A DNA stretch of 64,000 nucleotides from Promethearchaeota archaeon (GTDB lineage Archaea; Asgardarchaeota; Lokiarchaeia; Sigyniarchaeales; SOKP01): contig JAEOSU010000072.1 in the NCBI GenBank assembly GCA_016840165.1, positions 270,566-334,565 of the forward strand. The letters are read 5' to 3'. This document shows positions 57,799 through 64,000 of the stretch, piece by piece (positions within the stretch are counted from its first letter, which is position 1; each line of letters begins with the position of its first letter). Position numbers and translations under genes: made by a program. Under the pieces are notes generated by a model. It was not told the DNA's origin, searched no databases, and worked only from the letters and a program-made list of their open reading frames with translations.

Positions 57799-58722
57799 TT
57801 AGTTCCTAAATATTATTTTTAATTTTCTGATGTAAATAATCACTGAAATACCAATTAAAAATGATAGAACAGGTATTATTAACCAAATCGGAGTATTTTC
57901 TTCTTGGGGTCTATTAGTAATTATAACTTTATTATAAGAGTCTATAAAAGTTATCTGATTGATAAGAGCAACCTTACGTGTTATGTTAACTTCTTTTGAG
58001 ATTCGCTCAGATTTATAGTCATAGAGGTAACCATAAATTTTCTCAGCAACGAGAATACCGGTATTATTATCAAAGTAATAATCGACATTTATGTAAAATG
58101 ATTTTCAATAATCTCCTTCAGACCATATGATATGTTGAGCGTTGAAGTGGTGTGTCGTGAAGTTATAAGCCGAGTTTGTGTTTATAGTTTCAATTCCTAT
58201 ATAATGAAAGGTCACATCACTTCTAATTGAATCAGAAGATTGATATTCTTTGAAATAATTGGAAAAAGTTAAGGTCTCATCAATACGAAATTTTTGGGAG
58301 CTATTAAAACTCGATATATTTAATAAAAGTTCAGTGTGAGTACCCTTAATATAAGCATCATATTCCATATTACTCACTTCAATAATCCTTCGAGAGGATT
58401 GGGAAATTATGTATGAAAGATTATCCCTTAAATATGTTAAATCTAGATCTTCATAGAAAGCTGATACTTTGGTATAGTTTTCTCCACCTATTTCATAATT
58501 TTCGAGATTTAAAGCATATTTGGTGGTTGAATAGTGATCCTTTGTAGGTGCGAATAGTATAAGATATTCCAGATGATATATTTCACTAAAATCGCTAGGC
58601 AAGTTCTCGTCATTTGCTCTGACAATAGTGCTATTTGAAATGATAGGTATAATCAAAATGAATGAGATTAATAGAAGAATTTTCAGTTGAATGGATTTTG
58701 TTCATTTTCTAATTTTGATCAT
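57799..58722 (-). CDS. Secreted, C-terminally membrane-anchored protein with two in-frame TGA codons (58702-58704, 58105-58107): candidate UGA-recoded protein or pseudogene
   Basis: One frame MIKIRK*TKSIQLKILLLISFILIIPII..RA (signal peptide) ..EGDY*KSFYINVDYYFDNNTGIL..TPIWLIIPVLSFLIGISVIIYIRKLK (TM plus basic tail) ending TAA. Confidence 0.6.
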
Positions 58723-58860
58723 CACCTTAAGTTTTTCAAGTAATAAATTAATAATAATGGGGTTTAAAAAAAAATCTAATTCTTAACAATTATAATCCAT
58801 GCTATTAAAAAATAGAGAAAATTTAGAAGGAATATGTATTCCAATGATCATCAAGAATAG

Positions 58861-59604
58861 TTATTTCATTAATACTTTAGTTCTTTTCTCTTCCGGTAAT
58901 TTCTCACTGGCATATCTCAAAATTAGACGAGATAGTCTATCCTTATTCTGCATTAAGTAATTAAAAATGAGACTTGGTTTGATATTTGAACAAGTCTTAA
59001 GTAGCCAACCGATACTTTTCTCGATATAATTGTTAGTAGAGTATTTTAGCATTTCTTCTATTTTGCTAAAAACGTAATCTTTGTCAAAATCTTTATGGAC
59101 CATTACTATTTTAAGAAGTATGACTATTGAAGCTCGTTTAATCCATAATAAATCATCAGTACTCCAGCTATCAATAGTTTTTATTGCTAATTGATGATTT
59201 TGTTTTTTTGCCAGAAATGGACCAATTACTCTAATACAACAACTATCACAAGTGCTCCAGGTATGACAAAAAGGAAAATATTCAAATCGAAACAAATCCG
59301 GCGTTTTTTCATCAAATTGATTTTTATATCTATTTAAAAAAAAGAATGCGAAAAATTTATACTCCTCAACGTTAGCCCTTGCCAATTGTTTAAAAATTTC
59401 TTTAGCTTGATTAAATGTGGGATTATATTGATTTTGAATCTTTCTTACTTCATTTTCAATATCTGAGGTTTTAATCCCTAAAATGACATAATTCTCAATA
59501 TCAGGATTTATAATTTTATACATTCGATCTTTTTTATCTTCAGATAAAATAGGTTTTAATTTATCTAAATTAGATTTAACATCGGACACAATATCTATTT
59601 TCAT
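58861..59604 (-). CDS. AlkD-like DNA alkylation repair protein (HEAT-like)
   Basis: LGIK, TWSTCD, WIKRAS, YIEKSIGWLLK, LRYASEKL. Confidence 0.8.
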   Translation of the reverse strand: MKIDIVSDVKSNLDKLKPILSEDKKDRMYKIINPDIENYVILGIKTSDIENEVRKIQNQYNPTFNQAKEIFKQLARANVEEYKFFAFFFLNRYKNQFDEKTPDLFRFEYFPFCHTWSTCDSCCIRVIGPFLAKKQNHQLAIKTIDSWSTDDLLWIKRASIVILLKIVMVHKDFDKDYVFSKIEEMLKYSTNNYIEKSIGWLLKTCSNIKPSLIFNYLMQNKDRLSRLILRYASEKLPEEKRTKVLMK

Positions 59605-59638
59605 TTCAATTTCTCCTATGAATTTGAATCATTATATT

Positions 59639-60787
59639 TTATAAAAAATCCTCTATTCCCGTCTTTAAACTATAATCTTTACTATTTTTTAATATTGGAT
59701 CAACCAACTGAACAATTTCAGAATTGAAATTAGGTAATTTAGACAGTTCATCTCGTTTACTTACTTCGATAATTGATTCAGTAAGGTTATTTAAATTTAA
59801 TCCCGCCCATTTCAAGTTATTATTAGATTTTCCTGTTGTAACAAATTCGGTATATTCTTTATTTAGTAGAAGTTCTGAAATTTTGTAATTCCATTTCCTA
59901 TAATCTTTTGGAATCCATCTTTTAATTCTAATAGGAATATCATAATCTTTACATAATTTTAAGAGTTTGGAGTGAACTTTTTTAACATAATTTGTAGGGG
60001 GATACGTTTTACCTTTGAATAGATCAAGGAGGGATGGTAAAACATTTTTATAACTACTGTTTTTTATTTTATTTATAAAGAAAAGAGCTTGAGAATCACG
60101 TAAGGTTAATCCAGGTGAGAATAAGATGAAATCGGCTCCATTTTTCTTTGATTGCTTGATCACATCTTCTAAATTTTCATCATTATCTTCTAAATAAGGA
60201 ATAATTGGCATGAAATACGTCCCTACCTGAATTTGAGGTCCTTTTTCTTTAATTTCTTTTATCGCTTTTAAACGATCTTTCGGAGGAGATGAATAGGGCT
60301 CTAAAAAACTCGCTAACTCCTCATCAGTGGTTGTAATTGAAAATCCAACGGTACACCAGGTATCATTTGCAATCTCATGGAGTAGAGAAATATCACGTTT
60401 AATTAAACTTGATTTTGTTGCAATATTAATAGGAAATTTATATTTCTGAAAGATTTTAAGAATTTTATATGTATTTTTTTGTTCAAGTTCAATGGGTTGA
60501 TACGCATCATTAACTCCTCCAGGAGCCACCACATCAGGTAAGAGGGATCGTGCGTTTTTTATCCTTGTTTCTAAATTTTTATCAATATCAATCTTAACGA
60601 TAACTTCATTTTCAAAATCTTGGTCCAAATAATAACGATCACTTCGCGCATCACAATAAATACATGCATGAGCACATCCAGAATAAGGGTTAATAGTGTA
60701 TCGCCCCCAGAACCAAGAATCAGGGTATTTAAGTTTATTAAGCGCCGTTTTATATTCCTTATAGATAATTCTAACTTCGTTAACCAT
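59639..60787 (-). CDS. Spore-photoproduct-lyase-like radical SAM protein
   Basis: INPYSGCAHACIYCDA, DAYQPIE, TKS.LI.RD, LEP. Confidence 0.85.
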   Translation of the reverse strand: MVNEVRIIYKEYKTALNKLKYPDSWFWGRYTINPYSGCAHACIYCDARSDRYYLDQDFENEVIVKIDIDKNLETRIKNARSLLPDVVAPGGVNDAYQPIELEQKNTYKILKIFQKYKFPINIATKSSLIKRDISLLHEIANDTWCTVGFSITTTDEELASFLEPYSSPPKDRLKAIKEIKEKGPQIQVGTYFMPIIPYLEDNDENLEDVIKQSKKNGADFILFSPGLTLRDSQALFFINKIKNSSYKNVLPSLLDLFKGKTYPPTNYVKKVHSKLLKLCKDYDIPIRIKRWIPKDYRKWNYKISELLLNKEYTEFVTTGKSNNNLKWAGLNLNNLTESIIEVSKRDELSKLPNFNSEIVQLVDPILKNSKDYSLKTGIEDFL

Positions 60788-61049
60788 TATAATCGTATAG
60801 CTTTAGTAAATTCTAATAATAATCTAAGAATTTTAAGATTGTTGATATATGAAAAAGATAATAATTGAGTGAAAAAACGCCCTTTTTAATATTTTCAAGC
60901 GATTAAAAAATGGAAATGGAAATAAAAAACTTGTTGCTAGAGCGTTTTTTCAAATATAACATACAATTATGTAAATATATTTGTTTTGTTTGTTGATCAT
61001 AAATGGTTAATAATTGTATAAATGAAATTTGATAAAACCATCAAAAGTT

Positions 61050-62447
61050 TTAGATCTTTCGATATAGGTAGCGATCAAATGCCGCAAATTCAACTTTTTT
61101 TGATTTTAGATTCCTTATAAAATGAATCTTCTGTTTTATGGGAGGAAGAGTGCCACATACTATAAAGTCTAACGTATCAAAATCCTTTAATAATATAGGG
61201 TAACTAATTGGACCATCATCAACTTCAATATCTGCAGTAAGGATTCCTTTTTTTAGAGTTATTTGCATGTTATAGAGATCATGAGAGGATTTATAGTTTC
61301 CTTCAATGTCGTTTACAATCTTTTCCAGTTTTAGTTCATCTACTTCTCTCATAGGATCAAATCCGAGTAAAATAGATAAAGCTGCTTTTATAACAATATT
61401 GGGATTTGCATTACACGAATTCTGTCCAACTATTACTCCTACCTTATGATCTGGCACTAAAGCAAAATATGCACAACTGGTTCCTAATCCTCCTCCATGG
61501 TGTATAATTTCAGTCGAAAGGTAATCATCACTTTTAACCCACCCTAAACAGTAATATGGATGTTCTCCAAATCCATAGGAACAGGGAATTATTGGGGTCC
61601 ACAACTCTTTGATGGAATTTTCAGAAATCAAACGTTTGCCATTGTATAGACCTTTTTTCAGTAAACACTGCCCATAGTGGGTCATTTCCTCCATTGATAC
61701 GTATAATCCTCCAGGTGCATTCAGATATTCATATAGTGGAACAGGATTTTTTTTAGGTATGAGAATTTCTCCCTTTTTTTCAGTAATGTATCCTGTAATT
61801 TTATTGTTCAAAGGATCATTATTAAAATCATTTTTTGAGAAGACCGCCCTATTCATTTCCAATGGTTCAAGAATTTCTTTTCGAATAAAATCAACGTAGA
61901 CTTGACCCGAGATCTGAGAAATTATAAAACCCAAGCAAGTGTAAATATCATTATTATAAAAAAATTTCTTACCGGCATCAAATATGATATAATCCTCCGG
62001 ATCACCAATATGAGCGATGAAATCTTCATAATTAGTTGCAGGATATACGCGTGTATAATCATCAAAAAGGTAAAATAGGGAGGATAAACCCGCATCTGCA
62101 GCAGGAATGCCTGTGGTATGTGAAAGCATATGCTTTATCGTAATATCTTGATGGATGTTAAAAGGTGCAAAATTCAAATATTTGGAAACAGAATCTTCAA
62201 GACTAATTTTACCCTGTTCAACAAGCTTCATAATTGCAAATGCTGTTATTGATTTAGTGATGCTTCCAATTCCAATAAGTGTTTGTGGTGTCATAGGAAG
62301 AAATTTTTCTAAATCTCTTGCACCAAATCCCTTTGAGTATGTTATTTGGTCTTTATGAAATATAGAAATCGAAAGTCCAGGAATTCGATGCTTTCTCATA
62401 TAACTTCTTATGATTTTTTCTAATGATTTAAATTTATCTTCTACCAT
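61050..62447 (-). CDS. Serine hydrolase, beta-lactamase/AmpC-like family
   Basis: GSITKS (SxxK), LSHTTG, FYNND (YxN), HGGG. Confidence 0.88.
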   Translation of the reverse strand: MVEDKFKSLEKIIRSYMRKHRIPGLSISIFHKDQITYSKGFGARDLEKFLPMTPQTLIGIGSITKSITAFAIMKLVEQGKISLEDSVSKYLNFAPFNIHQDITIKHMLSHTTGIPAADAGLSSLFYLFDDYTRVYPATNYEDFIAHIGDPEDYIIFDAGKKFFYNNDIYTCLGFIISQISGQVYVDFIRKEILEPLEMNRAVFSKNDFNNDPLNNKITGYITEKKGEILIPKKNPVPLYEYLNAPGGLYVSMEEMTHYGQCLLKKGLYNGKRLISENSIKELWTPIIPCSYGFGEHPYYCLGWVKSDDYLSTEIIHHGGGLGTSCAYFALVPDHKVGVIVGQNSCNANPNIVIKAALSILLGFDPMREVDELKLEKIVNDIEGNYKSSHDLYNMQITLKKGILTADIEVDDGPISYPILLKDFDTLDFIVCGTLPPIKQKIHFIRNLKSKKVEFAAFDRYLYRKI

Positions 62448-62545
62448 TCTTGCTCACATACAATTTTCTACAATTTCTTCTAGGTTATTTTACTTAAATT
62501 ATTTTTCTGCAATTTGTTAAATAGAATTCTTTGAATTCTTGAAGT

Positions 62546-63103
62546 TTAGTAGTAAATATTATCAAGATTTACTTTTCCATTGTCCGCAAATTTTATACCT
62601 TCAAATTCCAATAATTTGCATTTCATGGCACTTCCTCCTTGAAACCCTCCAATCTCTCCATTTGATTTGATTGCTCTATGGCAAGGAATAATAATAGGAA
62701 ATGGATTCTTTGCAAGTGCGTTTCCAACAACCCTAGCACTTTTTGGATGATTAATAGCTATCGCGATTCGTTTATAAGTACTAACCCAACCCCTAGGTAT
62801 TTTTGCTTCTGCTTCTAATACATTTTTTTGAATAGCAGAACAAACTCTGAAATCTAATAGGTTTTGGTCAAATTTTTGTGCCTTACCATTTAAGAATTCT
62901 TGAATCTTTTTACCTAGTAAATCAATTACAGCTGAAGATTTTTGCTTTATATTCTGGAAAGCATTGTGAGCTATAATCTCAGATTTATATTGAGGATTAC
63001 TGAGAAAAATGCGATGAATATGTATATTATCATTTTTTTCTTTCCAAATGATGGTGAAAGTATTAAATGGAGAAGAAAAAGTAGTATAAAATTTACTTTC
63101 CAT
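62546..63103 (-). CDS. ogt: Methylated-DNA--protein-cysteine methyltransferase
   Basis: IPRGWVSTY, ARVVGNAL..NP, IPCHR active site. Confidence 0.92.
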   Translation of the reverse strand: MESKFYTTFSSPFNTFTIIWKEKNDNIHIHRIFLSNPQYKSEIIAHNAFQNIKQKSSAVIDLLGKKIQEFLNGKAQKFDQNLLDFRVCSAIQKNVLEAEAKIPRGWVSTYKRIAIAINHPKSARVVGNALAKNPFPIIIPCHRAIKSNGEIGGFQGGSAMKCKLLEFEGIKFADNGKVNLDNIYY

Positions 63104-63196
63104 GCCTTAATACCATTTTTAAAAGAATTTAAGCTTTTATTTTGTATATATGATTTATTTCTTATGTTTTTATCACATAATTTATTAAAAAAGAAG

Positions 63197-64000
63197 TTAT
63201 AAAGAAAGCTGTGGAGTAGGAGGAAATTCTCTCAAATGTTGAGAACGAGATAGAAGTTCTCGGACATGATTAATTTGCTCGTCCTCTGTATTACACTCCG
63301 AAGATATTATTAAATTATCCCATCCCTTTTCAATACAGAACAGAATTGCATCTAATTTTCTATATTCAATTCCCAACGCGATCTCATCAACAATACCAGG
63401 GATTAAATCAGGTGATGGTGCTTTATCAATTATTTTTTGGCTCACACCTACGTATTTAGCTAATTGCCAGACTTGTGTTTTATATAAAGGAAGGATTGGT
63501 TCAATATCAGCTACATTGTCTCCCCACTTAACAACAAATCCGGTAAGGGCCTCACTTTTATTTGTAGTTCCTAATACCATTCTATTTTCTAAATCTGCGA
63601 AATAATAAAGCGTAACAAGTCTCATGCGATGTTTAACTCGAGTATAAGCATTTCCCGCATCTATTAGGTTTTTAGAATGACCCAAGTTTTTAGTGCCTAG
63701 TAATCCTGCTCTAAAAGGCATTTCTCCTATTTCTTTTTTTTGATTTTCATGTTGCTTTTTCACCACAGTTTCTTTAAAAGTCCGGAGGCCTAAAATTTTA
63801 AGCGGGACTAACCGATAAATGCCAAATTTCTTTAGAAAAGGAGTTAAACCAATCTCTCTATATTCAATCCCTAATCTATCGATTTCTAATAATGCGTCTT
63901 TCTTGCTAGATGAGCTTGAGTCTCTTTCAGGAAGGAGTAATGCTAATACTTTATCAGAACCTAAAGCCCTAACTGCTAAGGATGCCACTAAAGAGGAGTC
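63197..64000 (-). CDS. nadE: NH3-dependent NAD+ synthetase, 5'-truncated by window edge
   Basis: Frame open to the edge (DSSLVA), R.RLV.LY, GTTNKSE..GF..KWGD, LYKTQV, PSPDL. Confidence 0.9.
   Translation of the reverse strand, partial: DSSLVASLAVRALGSDKVLALLLPERDSSSSSKKDALLEIDRLGIEYREIGLTPFLKKFGIYRLVPLKILGLRTFKETVVKKQHENQKKEIGEMPFRAGLLGTKNLGHSKNLIDAGNAYTRVKHRMRLVTLYYFADLENRMVLGTTNKSEALTGFVVKWGDNVADIEPILPLYKTQVWQLAKYVGVSQKIIDKAPSPDLIPGIVDEIALGIEYRKLDAILFCIEKGWDNLIISSECNTEDEQINHVRELLSRSQHLREFPPTPQLSL

Noticed and set aside
57799-58722. Genome-wide UGA-to-Trp/Gly reassignment as the explanation for the in-frame TGAs
   Set aside because: TGA is the evident stop of several intact genes here (livG, livM, kleisin-like gene, U32 gene) and this gene uses TGG for Trp, so any recoding must be local.
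45849-58722. Integrated element at one of the tRNA genes
   Set aside because: No integrase or transposase, and no duplicated tRNA 3' end was seen by eye.
1-64000. CRISPR array or rRNA
   Set aside because: No regularly spaced repeats and no long GC-rich non-coding region; the window is almost fully coding.

Overview
AT-rich archaeal chromosomal segment. Its gene content points to an Asgard archaeon, most likely Lokiarchaeia (inferred, not searched): a divergent small GTPase, longin/roadblock-like proteins, an SCP2 expansion, GGTGA ribosome-binding motifs and BHB-intron tRNAs. From left to right it holds a liv-type ABC/HEAT/fadD locus; an ArsR-Acr3 cluster with a SAM-methyltransferase-HgcA-like fusion, an HgcB-like ferredoxin and a ubiquitin-like protein ending Gly-Cys-UGA-UGA; an SMC5/6-like SMC-kleisin-KITE operon; housekeeping genes; three tRNAs (two with non-canonical introns); a Thermotoga-type inositol catabolic cluster; and DNA-repair genes. 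The most striking observation is missed by the ORF track. A 307-codon secreted, C-terminally anchored, Cys-free protein frame (58722-57799, minus) is interrupted by two in-frame UGA codons and followed 4 nt after its UAA by a eukaryote-type SECIS-like hairpin (AUGA-N11-AA-N18-GA). A second, less perfect element with the same downstream hairpin follows the GC-UGA-UGA ubiquitin-like gene. Together these suggest unrecognised UGA recoding (selenoproteins), although pseudogenisation is not excluded. No CRISPR array, rRNA or mobile element was seen.
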